Shown: piece after piece, positions 26,601 through 39,200 of the stretch
How positions within the stretch are numbered: position 1 is the stretch's first letter
How the letters are laid out: each line of letters begins with the position of its first letter
NCBI RefSeq assembly: GCF_003704095.1
Contig: NW_020845410.1
Span: 992,001-1,056,000, forward strand
Origin: Pocillopora damicornis
Lineage: Eukaryota
DNA length: 64,000 nucleotides
Direction: 5' to 3'
Notes under the pieces: generated by a model
Databases searched by the model: none
What the model was told of the DNA's origin: nothing
What the model saw: only the letters and a program-made list of their open reading frames with translations
Made by a program: the position numbers and the translations under genes

Positions 26601-27873
26601 GGCTTTCAGAGAGATATCCGTAGGGACGGAACTTCTCGTATGGTACGATGAAAAATATCCTCAGGATATGGGAATACCACTGGAAGTTCAAGATATGGCA
26701 CTTGTGGACCCCAACGGTATGTCATAACAATGACGAAGCAACTTAGTTTAGGTAATTGAAAAAATATTGCTTTTAGGCTCTCAGTGTTTAAGAAACGAGC
26801 CATTAGTATGAAGTGCTAGGATCAGTGGTCGGCTTAGTGCTATTCTTTTAAAATGAAAGATTTTCATATTTTCTAGGGGAAGTTAAAACTGTAAATGGCA
26901 AACAAAAATCATTCTTTACCTCGAGGAAGGTTTTCTTTATTTAATTATTAGCTATTATTTGTCACAGTTGGGTTTTATCATTAAAAGCTCTTTTCGATAG
27001 TGCCCTCGAATGGGGCAGGAGTCCGATCCGCTTAAACGTAACTTAGCATTCAATCATTTAATCAGATTGCTTATCCACCTTTTGCTTATTAAATGCTATT
27101 CACGAACCTCGCTGTCCTTCTCTCTAGGTACCAGACTCCTTCAAGAGGTCTTAGCAGCACAAGGTCAAACGCAACCTTCAGATCGACCGATCAACACCAG
27201 GCAATTTTCTATGCCTGCAGTTTCAAGTCAGCCAACGGTTGTTTCAATTACTCCTACGAAGACATCTTCCCGAAAATCACCCCTCCCTGTTCCTCGTGAC
27301 AACATGAAAGAGAGACCCTCGCCTACGTCTCCAAATGACACTCGTATTTCGTGGCACCACAAAGTTCCAAATCCTACTATTTCTCACAGCGCCATTCCCA
27401 TAGGGAACAATTTCGTCCAGGCTGAGCGAACTCGAAAAGTGGAGCCGGTCGCCTTAAAAGAGGAAAGGGTTGTTATTGAGGATTGTGATGACGACAGAAG
27501 GTTCAATTTAGCTGAAGGATCAGAGATGAGCCTTATGAAATGCGGTCAATGTAGTCAGTCATTCGCGCAGAAGAACATGCTCCAGGTTCATGTATGCCCG
27601 CGTATGCCAAGGAGACCTTACACATGTAGCTACTGCTCTGAATCTTTCTCCTTACCTAACGAACTGCGCACGCATGTTGTCACTCACGCTAATGATAAGC
27701 CATTCAAGTGCGGCTATTGCTCGCGCACATTTGCTGGAGCGACAACGCTAAACAACCATATCAGGACACACACGGGAGAGCGACCATTTCTTTGTGATAA
27801 ATGTGGCAAATCTTTCACACAGGCATCCCAGCTAAGCAAACATCAACGAATTCCTCACGAATGCAAGTACTAG
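23640..27873 (+). CDS. PRDM6: PRDM6-like PR/SET-domain zinc finger protein (paralog C), ~503 aa, 4 coding exons, with PR zinc knuckle
   Basis: Exons 23640-23859, 25913-26199, 26458-26716, 27128-27873 (1512 nt). Knuckle CDACRSKQDACPVH, PR domain, and four fingers including [26 protein letters not shown]...FTQASQLSKHQRIPHECK. Confidence 0.9.
26343..26367 (+). repeat. (TG)n microsatellite in a PRDM6-C intron
   Basis: Directly visible. Confidence 0.9.
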
Positions 27874-28445
27874 GTCTGTAATTTAGTATCACTGTTGTTT
27901 AGGAATTTCATCGCCTACAGGACACGTATTTTCATTTAGCCTTTTTGACGACAGGATTTTTAATCTTCACACGATGAAAACTCTATATCAACATTTCTTG
28001 AAATCTTTAAAATCAGATAATTTGATCCTTATTTACAGCGTAAGTCTTGAGGTGAATTACTGTGATGGCTCGCTTAAAATTTTGGCGCGTTTTGTAGCAA
28101 TGTTTATCTTCAACAGGTGCTGGCAAGCGCAACTGTACAAAACTTCAATTGTCCGAGAATGAGACATAATTTAAGCCGACGCGACTTCTTCACTAACTGA
28201 TAGTTGAGTGTTATGATTCTGTATTCGAAATTTGCTGGTTATGTTTTTTATTTGAAAAAATCACCACAATGGTCACTTCATATTTTATTTGACCCGCAAG
28301 ATATTTACTATCAAATTTCTTTTTTCATATCTGACATATGGTTTTCTTTACACCACGAAGAATTTTTTATTGCTAAGACGATGAACCGCGCATCAAGCGA
28401 GGAGTATAAAGAAATGTAAAAACAATATGTACATTGAAATGTGTA

Positions 28446-28468
28446 AATAAATAGATAAATAAATAAAA
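28446..28468 (+). terminator. Clustered AATAAA polyadenylation signals, probably for PRDM6-C
   Basis: aaataaatagataaataaataaaa, about 570 bp after the stop codon. Confidence 0.5.
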
Positions 28469-29090
28469 CAAAAGACCCTATCCTAAAAACAATTTCTTCG
28501 CACTACCCTTCTATATTTCCAAGCTCTCCAGATATTTATTAGCCTCAGCTGAGCTCTTGGTCGGCGGAGGAAGCGGAAAAGCGGGCGAGTGAAAAATGGT
28601 AGGTTGTCCGAAGGAAAAGTTTCTTCCGTTTCCATTGATAGCGGGAGCCTGTTACAGGAAACCTTTCCACACAACATGATTCTACTTACTTCCAAATACT
28701 GATTGAAAAGTTCAAAAAGAGATTTTTCGCTGGGATAAGCATTGTAACATGTGAACTTTTGGAACCAGATTTAAGAGTCGTGTGTCGCTGAGTAGGCAAG
28801 GGGGAGGAAATCTGCTTCCAGATTTTCCAATTCTTGAGAGCAACGTGACAATTTTCGATGACAATTATTACTCCTCAGCTCAAGGGTGATACTGAAAGCT
28901 TGAAATCAAACTTCTCTGAGTTACGTTCTTGCAAAGTTTCGTTTCCAGAGCAGTTTCCACGGAAAATCGCAAACGAAAATGGGAAATCTTAATTAACGAC
29001 ATATGTTTTGTTGCTTTTCTTGTACGCTCCAAAATAGATCTGGTCTATCTCGAAGGAAATAACACCACAGTGGGGACACCACAAAGACAA

Positions 29091-29273
29091 TTAACTCTTT
29101 CACTCCCAAGATCTGACTGTTAATTCTCTCCTCTAGCTGCTACGCATTTCCTCCTTTCCTAAGATAGCAGCTTCTGCCTGATAAGTTCAAATAATCTCAT
29201 TACCTGTTTGCTGATGTATGGATATCATAAAGAGAAGTTTCATGTTAATCACTTCTGGGAATTAACGGGTTAA
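29091..29273 (+). mobile_element. Related TTAA-flanked MITE-like repeat
   Basis: ttaactctttcactcccaaga...cttctgggaattaacgggttaa with imperfect terminal inverted repeats. A similar element lies at about 58883-59077. Confidence 0.55.
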
Positions 29274-30236
29274 AGTTTGGAAATGCTCGTGTCAAACGTC
29301 TAATAATCAACCATACGTACCATCAAGTTTTTGGTGAGTTTTATTTTTCAATTTTTACGTAGACCCTCGTTTTACAACATTTAAGTAATGGCAATTTAGT
29401 GCGATGCAGTGGTCTGAAATGCCACGTATTTCGTGATACAATCCCAAAGTCCCCGTTTATTTTAGTCACGAGATATTTTAAAGGGGGACTGGGTGAAACT
29501 TAATGGCTCTGGGGACGAGAAAGTATCTGATTTAGTAAAATGATCTGAATACAGATTTGAATTCTTGTGATGCATTTGAATTCTTAGAATTCACAAAATT
29601 TTCTTTATTTAACTTAAAATTCTCTCTTACGATTTACCTTCTTAATTTAACTTCAAATATAATCTACATTCGTTTCTTTTAACAAAATTCGCTTGAAGTG
29701 TAATGAGTATGAAAACAAACGAAAAAGTAACAATAAATCTTGACTTCAGTGATTCAACAATAATGTAACAAACATAAGAAGAAAAGGAAGGAAGAAATAA
29801 GAGAAAGGAGAGAAGAGGAAAAGTGCAAGTGAAACTGTATGCGAAAGAAAACAAGCGCGTGTAAATAAACAGGGTGCCACTCGACACAGCACCATTTTTA
29901 ATAACTTAAATTTCGTAATGACCAATAGACCAATCACAACCTAAGACAGGGGGGGGGAGTGGCATCGCACATGACATATTGAGTAATTTTCACCCGCCGG
30001 CAGGTTGTCCCCCCCCCCCCCCTTATACCTCTACCCCTCCCCACCCCCCTCTTTTCCATGAGCACCTAACGAGCTTCAGTTATTACCAAACAAAAAAACA
30101 TCAACACGTCAGTAACTCTTGAGAGACTACATTACATTGCTGTTGGGAGACCGTAAATTTTCTTTTCTTAACAAAGTAACAATTGTGACCAAAAATAATT
30201 TTGAAATAAAAACTGCGTAATACTTTTGTTATGGTA

Positions 30237-33200
30237 TTATTGACTGGAGACATGTCGCTTAAATTTCCAAACTGTGTTCCTGCCAATGTCTGCTACGTAC
30301 ACAGCACCATCTTGACTTGAAGTGACATCATGAGGTTGTGAGAAACTCTAAAATTACAAGTCGATTACGCAATAAGTACAAAACGTTTAGTTGAGTGAAA
30401 AAAAAAAGTCTACCCAGCCGGAACTTCTTCCGGTTTCCTGAGCACTTAAAGATTAAAGTGAATACAAGTCCATCGCAAGTTATCCCCCGGCAATAAGACC
30501 GACCCAATCTTCACACAGTTGAAGTTATATTTTAGCGGAGCTCGCAAATCGTGCAAAGCGTAACACCATAGCTAAGAAAATTTGGTAAACCATCAAGCCC
30601 AGAAAATAACCGTCCAATCGGACATACACAATTCTACTTAGAATATGCGTTTGCAGCTGTACTGCAGGCACATCCACACTGCCGCGTTACTCTTGTTCGG
30701 CAAACAACTAGGCACAATGCGTGCGCAAGATTTTAAGAAATTTCCAATCACAAAAGTAGCACGCGTAGGGGTTTACTCGGCTGAAATTTAATGTTCATGA
30801 AACTCCTCCTATCCTTCGCACTACATACTTACCAAGGCTGGTTCCCAGTGCTGTAATACACTGCCTTTGTTCAAAATGAACGTGAAGCCCTGGGCTTCAG
30901 AGAAAGAAGGGCCGTTGACCACATGTAACACACCACCTGGAAAAAATTTAAGATAGTTGTTTACATAGCTACATGTCTTAAGCAGTGTACATTAATTTAT
31001 TAATATCTTGTTAATAATTAATGGATGAAAGTAAATTCTATGTGCATACCTTGCTCAGGATGATAGTGTACGGCAAAAGCTCTTTCCCCAAATGCTTTGA
31101 TTTCGCGAACGAGATGACCGTTAACAGAGTCAAACTGTAGCACTCGGCTGTTTTCTCTGTCGGCTACAAACAACCGACGGTTCTTCTCGTCCAGGGACAA
31201 GCTGTGAGGGATCTCAAAATTACTTGGAACTGAAAGAAAGGAGACCAAGGATCACTGATGTTTCCCTTTTATCCCATGAAAGCACTTGCAAGATATGTTC
31301 TTCAAGATCAAGTCTTTGAACTAGGTAAAGGTGAAAGGGAATCGATCAGATTTGAAATAATTTACGACTATTCATAACACGAAACATTTCAAACGCTTAA
31401 ACACAAAGAGTGGACGTAAATGTAAAGAACTACCACTTGGACAATCGTTTAGAGGTCTTTAGATAAGAGTGTTGACCCACCAAGCCCTTGTAATTTTTCA
31501 TTCGTTATCATCAAAAGTACTTTCTTGCCATCAGGGGAAAACTTTATGACCCGATTATTACAGTATCTGAAATGTAAGAAAAAACACGGAATCAGGAGAT
31601 ATTATATAGGAAACTGAACGACACTCCAACAACAAAAGCAACGCCAAGAGCAAACAATTCGAAACACCACAAGAACGTCATAGTTTACCCGTCAGAAACA
31701 AAGATATTCCCCTCTGAGTCGACAGCGACGTCGGTTGGTTTACAGAAATGATTTTCATCATTCCCCGGGACAAACTGTGTTCCTAGTGTCAGTGAGGCTC
31801 GCTTTTTCTCTCCCGGAGGAAACTTAAATACCTGTCAAAATTAACAGACATTCTAGGAAACCCATATGGGAAAAATTGAAGCGAGAATTGAAGACATATT
31901 TACGTAAAACAGTTCCACGGCCAAGAGTTTATTACCAACCTGATGCATGGCTACATCTGTTAACCAAATGTTGCCCTTTTGATCGATGGTCAGCCCATGA
32001 GGCATAAAGAACCTGGATGGGGGAAAACGAGAAGTTTAAGAAATGGGTGTAGATAAGAAGAATGGGTGTGGGAGGAAGGCAGGACGATAGAGGCGGGAGG
32101 GGACAGAGCGGAAAAGAGGGGGAGGGAATGAGGAATTACGGGAAGGCACGGTAGGAGAGAGAGAGAGGGCACCAGAATACAACGAGGGTAAACGGCAAAC
32201 AGGAAGTAGGGAGCTAAGAATTAAAGGAGGAAATGAGAATTTTCGCAACTGGAAGGAGGAAGTGCAGGGAGTACGGAACTGAAGCGGGAGCATAAGCAGT
32301 TAAATGGGGAACGAGAAGGGAGGACTAGGTGGTACGGACTTGGAGAAAGAGTGGGAGGAAAAGTGTGCGTCCATAACATATAGACCACCAGCAAAGTAAG
32401 ACATTTACATTCGTTCTCCCCAGCTGTCAATAACTTCCCCTGTTTGTGGATCCAACTTCATCACAGTCGATTCTGGGATGGGATCACTTGTAGCGGAGAA
32501 GATATTGTGCTCATCGAACGAACTGCAACCAGAAAACACTTGTTAAAAAAGGTCTTTTAGTAGGATTTGAGGCACGGCTTGGAAAACAATGAAAAATGCG
32601 GCGAGTTATCTTTACGGCGCTTTCACCCCGTGCACCCTAACATCAGTATGCATATTCTCCATACTGTTCTCTGTACATTTCTTTCGATTTCTTAAGGGGC
32701 TGACAAGGAGAATTTGTTTTAACGATCGAGACCTTCTTTAGTGGGTGGTCATTTCCTTTATTCTCGTGATCTTAATGTTTGATTCCGGGATGATATTGTA
32801 AGGAGAAATTAGATACTATTCATTCCTAGGAGTTAAAGGGTAAAACCAGACGTGATGCAGACACTTACTCAGCTTGCCATTTTCTTGATGCTCGATGGAA
32901 TATGAGCACTTTTCCTTCCGAATCAATGTCGACGGCAGTAACTTGACCAAGTTTACTCGACCGTCTCATAACGTCAGCCAGCTTATTTCCTTGCCAACTC
33001 TGATCTTCTTCAAGTAGCAAAGGTGAACTCTCGTCATCGCAATTCGGTGCGCAGAATCCTGAAACAAGTCACAATCAGACATGGTTTGATGCTACTCTGG
33101 TTTACAGATTTAATGAATGTAACCGAAGAAGTTACAATTCACAGACCCACAGTGTTATACGATTATACGATTAGCCACAGTGTTATACGATTAACGTTAT

Positions 33201-36200
33201 AACCTTGAGCACCTTCATCGTTCAACACTAGCCGCGCGAAGCAAGATCTGGTGTCTCTCAAATATAGAAAAAATGGCAGAAATCACCAAAACCAATCCAC
33301 ACCCACCCCGGAAAGTTACAAAATACTATTTTTAAACATTCAGCATTAGATAGATAAGATTAAAATTATTGCTACCCGCTTCTCGAAAGACATACACTGA
33401 TAAGAAGAAAAAGTGAGATCACAAGATAATTTATAATCACCTAGTTTAAGGCACCCGTTACTACTCGCCATCTATGAAGAGGAGAGTTAAGCCCATCTTC
33501 ACCTCCTTAAACTAATTAACAACGCAGACATTATTCTCAGGTAGTTTAGATCTAGTTGATCTCTTTGATTTTATCTTCTCATCTTTCGGCCACCTTTGAC
33601 TTTACAATCAGAATTAAAGTAATTTAACCAAGGACCAACCGTGTGAAAAGGGATTAACGGAGGGGGAAGGGGAGGAATTGCACCAGGGAGGGGGGGGGAC
33701 TTGTCTCTGAGAGTACCAACACTTTCAGGTAGAGGATTGGGTAGAATGCAAATAGAAAAAATGACAATTCTTGAATCTGGAAATGTTGATTGTGACGTTA
33801 ACTGATACCTATTTCGCTAAATACATCATAGAAAACAAGGCAAGATGTGATAACAACATCATGATCACGAAAAAAAAACAAAAAAACCAAAAAAAACAAA
33901 AACAGAGATCTGCTGATCATGCTTTAAAAAATAACTTTATTCTTTATCGAGATGCAATTGAACTTCAAAAGAAGTTATAACAAGCCATTGGTGTCAAAAA
34001 GTTAAAACATAGTTTATTATTTTACTTTCACTGGGTTAAACATTTAAATAAATACACCGCGCTTAGTGTAGAAATATTTTGTCGGTTACTTTAACCGTAA
34101 AAATTATTGGCGTTTCTAATTAAATTCGTTGAACTCTTCTTATCTATTTTTTGGATGACATCTTTTATTAATATCTTCCATTGAAACATTTTTTCCAACC
34201 AGTTCTTTCATCAGATCGCATCTTTCAACGCTTATCACTTTCATCAAAGCTGGCCTGCGATTAAAAGAAACGAAACAAAAAAAAAATCAGCGCTTTGTTT
34301 AGCTCGACAACGAGAGGGATTTCGCGGTCAGAAAGATGAAAGTGATAGCAGCAGAGTCAAGAGCGCAGAAAAGATGAGATGAAACTGGAAAAAGAGGAAA
34401 GCGCCATCGAACCCTTCCGCATAGAACCCGAAACCACCCGTGTAAAACCTGAAAGATTCCGAGAAAACTCGAGATAAACTGTAACCTACAGGAAATTTCA
34501 CCCAGACGATTCTAAGCCTTTTGAAAATGACTTGAAATCGAAACCCGTTAACAACCACAAAATCCCGCATATGGCCAAACCCACTGCTAGAAGAGGCTTC
34601 ATGAAAAAAAGAAAAAAAAACCCGTATGTGACTGACTGATACTCCCAAGTTGAATTCAAGTGATCGTTTCCCATAAAACAATAGTTACAGTTTCATTGAA
34701 TGAACCACCTACTTTCGCCAAGGTTTCTTTTCATCTCCATTTTTGGTCCACTGCCTGGTAACGGGACATCAGAGTCTGACGGGAAGTCGAGCTGTCTCTC
34801 GTCAATAATCTGACACATGTCTTCGACACTGACACCTCCCAGGTCATTCAGTTTTGGGTCATACCAATACATCATGTAAAAATTACACATTTCGTCCTTC
34901 ATAGTTGCTCTGCAAAAAATGAGGCATAGCTAAAAAAAATTAAGCTGTAACTTAAGTGAGAGAAACACAACTATGGTTTTGGAATACAGCTTAATGCGGC
35001 TAAGTGCCAAACTTTTCAAGTGAAAATGGGTTGCATTTGAAAAAGAATGAAATATCATTTTCGTGTTAACGACATCTGCCCATAATTTCTCCCTTCAGAC
35101 AACTATTAATTTCCTTGTAGGGCAATTTTCAATCGAGTTGTGAAACAAATTAAGGATCACATTGGTTTTACTTTTGTAAGCTCTGTAATTGGTCCAGAGT
35201 ACTCGCACCATCCTCTTAACCAATCAGATTTAAAAACCAAAGCCAGTCGCACCTGCGTCACACGCGTTTTCCCGCGCTTTAAGCGGTCTGCTTACTTTTA
35301 CCTATAATTCTCATTTTCTCGTCGTGTTATTTTCCTTTCTTCTGATTGGCGTTTGGTTTTACGACACTCAATCGAAATGCGCTCTAAAGTAACAGAATTT
35401 GCTGTTCTGTCAAGATTATGTTTGAAATGTATGTCGACTCTCGTCACCAGTTTGTAGGATAATGTATTGATATGGTAATAAGTTACATGTTTATGACTTC
35501 TGATAGTAAAATTGTAAACATACCCGATATATGTTACATGGTCTCTCTGGGTTGAATTGTAAGTGCATCGGGCAGCCTGGCGATTGAGAGTATTAAATAT
35601 TGGATATCAGGGAAAATAAACTCGGCTTCTATTACAAGTTTCACGAGGAAAAAACCCTGAGGCATGGGTCACCTACGAGACGCACAGGACTAAAACAGAC
35701 ATTTGTGAAACTAGAAAGAAAGTGCGCAATGAAAGAGATGGAATGCAAGACAATTAATGGAGACACCACAATACGACAACGATGCTCGAAACCAAACTGG
35801 GAACACAACAGTTCAGGGAAGAAGAAAAAGGTCAAGTTTTTATTACCATAGAATCCCCACTTTTTATGTCCACATCTTTATCCACTGGGTAAAACGCCTG
35901 AAAAATAATCAAAAAAATATATTAGGGCCAGAATACTCTAGGAAATGCCAAGAAACTTTGCACTACATCCTGTCAGTTGTTTACATGAATTCAACGCCTA
36001 GCGTAAAAGAATAATAAAAGAACAAGAATAAAAATCATTTCAACGAAGTGCCTCAAATCAAAACTGAAAATGTGTCATGCAAGAAAAAGGGTTGTCGTAT
36101 CTATCAAGCTTTCATTTTTGGTTTTGGTTTAGTTGTTTTTGTGATGGTTGATGGTCACTAATCTCTGATTTGCAAAAAGGTGCTCAAATGTTACCCCACC

Positions 36201-39200
36201 TGCGGCCGCTGTGGATCTCCTTTCCCTATGAGAGTCCATTTTCCATCACGTATTCTGTAGCCAGTAATAACACTCCCTATAACGATTTCACAATGAAAAA
36301 CATATAAATACTTTGTGAAATAAACCTGCGTTCGTGAACAATTACCGCATCATTCTACAATTTGAGAACTCCGTAAAGTAAACAGTCTCACAATGACTTA
36401 AGTCAAGCTTACCAAGAGAATGAGCGTGGACCCGGAAAGCAAAAGGGTGTAGGTCGGGTCCATAGCCGTAACCACATCCAGTGTCTAAATGCCAGGCTAA
36501 ATAAAAAATAAAGAGTAAATGTCAAAGACGCAGAGACGATGATTTACAGCGCTTAAAAAATTAATGGAGTGGTCACCAATTGGTAGAATAAAGAAATTAT
36601 AGAAAGAAAAGGTACATGTCAACTAAAGATCGTCTGTGTATAACTTGCCAAATGCTTTAGTTGAAATCATTTACAGTTCAGCTCAGAATACTTTTGAAAA
36701 TAGTACATTTTCTAGCAATGACAACTATTCACTTGCAGGATTACTTTAGCCAACCGTGCCTGTCTTGCATGGTCATGGCTTTGGTTACAGGGTTTATTGC
36801 GATGTGACTATATGAATTGGGAGCCCGAGATTGACAATAATTTCGTAAACGGTTACTGTACTTTATCAGTGCAACCTTCCAGTAAGTTAATTCTAATCGA
36901 CCTTCTCGTTGGCTGATGTATAATGCCTAAACAACTTTGATGTCAGAAGTTAGGTAGCAGCAACAATCATTTTGTGTGATTGTGTAGCCTGATCGTCTGA
37001 ATGAGGGTAGTCATGAAAGGAATGATGTTGTTAGTAGTGATGGATGTTTTGACAAACTAAGTGGAAGTCATCATCAGAGTCAAGTCAAGAGTTTGTTGTC
37101 AGTTAAGCGTACAGAGTACAGTTCGTGTAACAATCGTTTCAGTGGTTGTTTAGGCTTGTCAGGCGATGAACGGCAATATCAGTTGTTGTTGTTGTTGTTT
37201 TTTTTTTTTCATACAATGTAAATGCATGTGTTCAATTGGTCAAGTTGCATACACTCAAAAAGTTTGGATAATAAGATAAACAACATCAATCAACCTTTCT
37301 CATTTGCAGGAATAGTTCCACCAGAGGCTAAAAGAAATATCGCAGCCAAATGACTAGGTCTGTGATAAGGAGAGAAACAAAACTGTGAGAATGGAATTTA
37401 AAGATCAAAGAACAATTGGGCTTATTATCATAGATGTGTCAGCACATGAGGATTTTACCTCACTTTAGAACAAGTTTTGCCACAGAGATCTTGGAACAAA
37501 ATGAAAAAAGAGGGGATTTCTGCCAGAGTGATGTCATGCATGGCTGAGATCAGGATCACTGTCAGGGTCAGGGAAGTTGTTACAGAAAATACTTGCATTT
37601 ACATCAAGTGTTCCAGTGGATTTAAGATGAATTATGTTCAGTTGTGACTTCAATCAGCCCCATTGAGATTTATCATGCTATTTCACAGAACCAGTCATGA
37701 TAGGAGGAGAAACTGTCCTTTCTTACAAATATAACAATGCCACATTCAAACAAATAGTAATAACAGCAAGAAAGCTTAGAACTACAAGCAAAATCACAAA
37801 AACTAACTAACTGGTTAACAGAGGAAAGATTATTTTAGACCAGAAGGACAAATTGCTTGCATTGCCCAAGACCATTGTTCAGCCATTATTCAGCCATTAA
37901 CTAACATTAAAAAAAGATGCAGGCGATTTGAATGAGTGAATGGGTGAGTGTTTATCAGTTTTATGGTAGAGGAGATTGCAGGTCTCATTTTTGTCAGAAA
38001 CAAAAAAAAAATTATTAAGATTGAAGATAAGAATATCCTGCTAACACACAGCCAATCCATTCTGGCTGATAAGCTACGTTTAGGTTTCAGACTTCTTTGA
38101 AGGACAGTGTAATCACTAAAGAAAATGTGGATTTAACAGTAAAATCCTCTCTTATACCTGGAGTAGCTAACTTCACATGGGAAAACTGAATGGAAAATTT
38201 GCCAGCAGGATGAAAACTCATTTATTAATTAAATACACACTACTGCAATTTAGATTTTAAGACCTTTTTTAATATGGTATAGTTAAATTATCTGTTCTTC
38301 ATTTGAATGTACTTTTGAAAATTTGGCCTTTTAGTTTATGTTATGCTCAAACAACATTTACTCTCAGAAAACCATTTAGTCCATTCAGTCAAAGAAAAGA
38401 AGTGGGCATTAGGCAAGTTATACAATTGATGTTCAAGAAAAATTAAATCTTTACTTTGAAAACCTGAGTTTTACTGTCTGATTTAATCTCTGAAAATCAA
38501 AATTTATACTTTTAAGTTGTTAAGAATATTTTCTCTTAAACTGTCAGTTTAAAAATTGTTAAATTGTTTCATAGTAACTGATTTTATGCTATCATTCAGA
38601 ATACATTGATAATGATGTACATGAAAAAATTACCTTCTTCTGATTGGCTAAAAATAAGTGCATTCTCATGTAACACAAGTGCAAATTACAAAGAGCAACC
38701 TTTCAAAATTTTGTCTATCCTGACTTTCTGTGATGTTTTTCATGTACATTATTAACAAGTAATAACATGATTTCTTTAGCAAGTTAGTGTTAATAAGCAC
38801 TTGTAAATTTTTCACAGACCACCAATTGCACTTGCCCTACCGGCTTGTGCAATTTTGTTGTCTTTGAAAAATTAACTTGTGCTTATTAACACCAAATTGC
38901 ACTCAAAATTATGCTATTACCCATACTATCAATTTAATTCATAATTTCAACCTTGTTTTTTGGGTGGGACAAGGGACCAACTAACAGCCAGGATCTTGAT
39001 GCCAGCCTTGTACTGCGGCCTACATATAGCAGGAGGAGCAAGGGAATCTGTTTTATTTGTGACTTGTTTCTTACAAGACACAGTGGCAAAAAAGTGAACA
39101 AAAGGAAAGAGGGAAGGAAGCCAGTGTGGAGAAAAGTGGTAGAAACTAAAATGGGAGGATGATGTACACTGTGAGAAAGACAAGGGGGTAAGTGAGAAAA

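Noticed and set aside
29642-29937. Hydrophobic minus-strand ORFs as the missing PAM transmembrane exon
   Set aside because: The hydrophobicity comes from a low-complexity T/C tract. The last PAL exon has no suitable donor, and there is no resemblance to the PAM cytosolic tail.
31990-32430. Pro/Ser/Leu-rich ORFs (also 38934-39352 and 49139-49399)
   Set aside because: These are translations of intronic polypyrimidine tracts.
33204-33340. Independent signal-peptide exon for a stand-alone PAL gene
   Set aside because: A hydrophobic stretch ([11 protein letters not shown]) exists, but it needs two compensating frameshifts to connect an ATG to PAL. Not supportable without reads.
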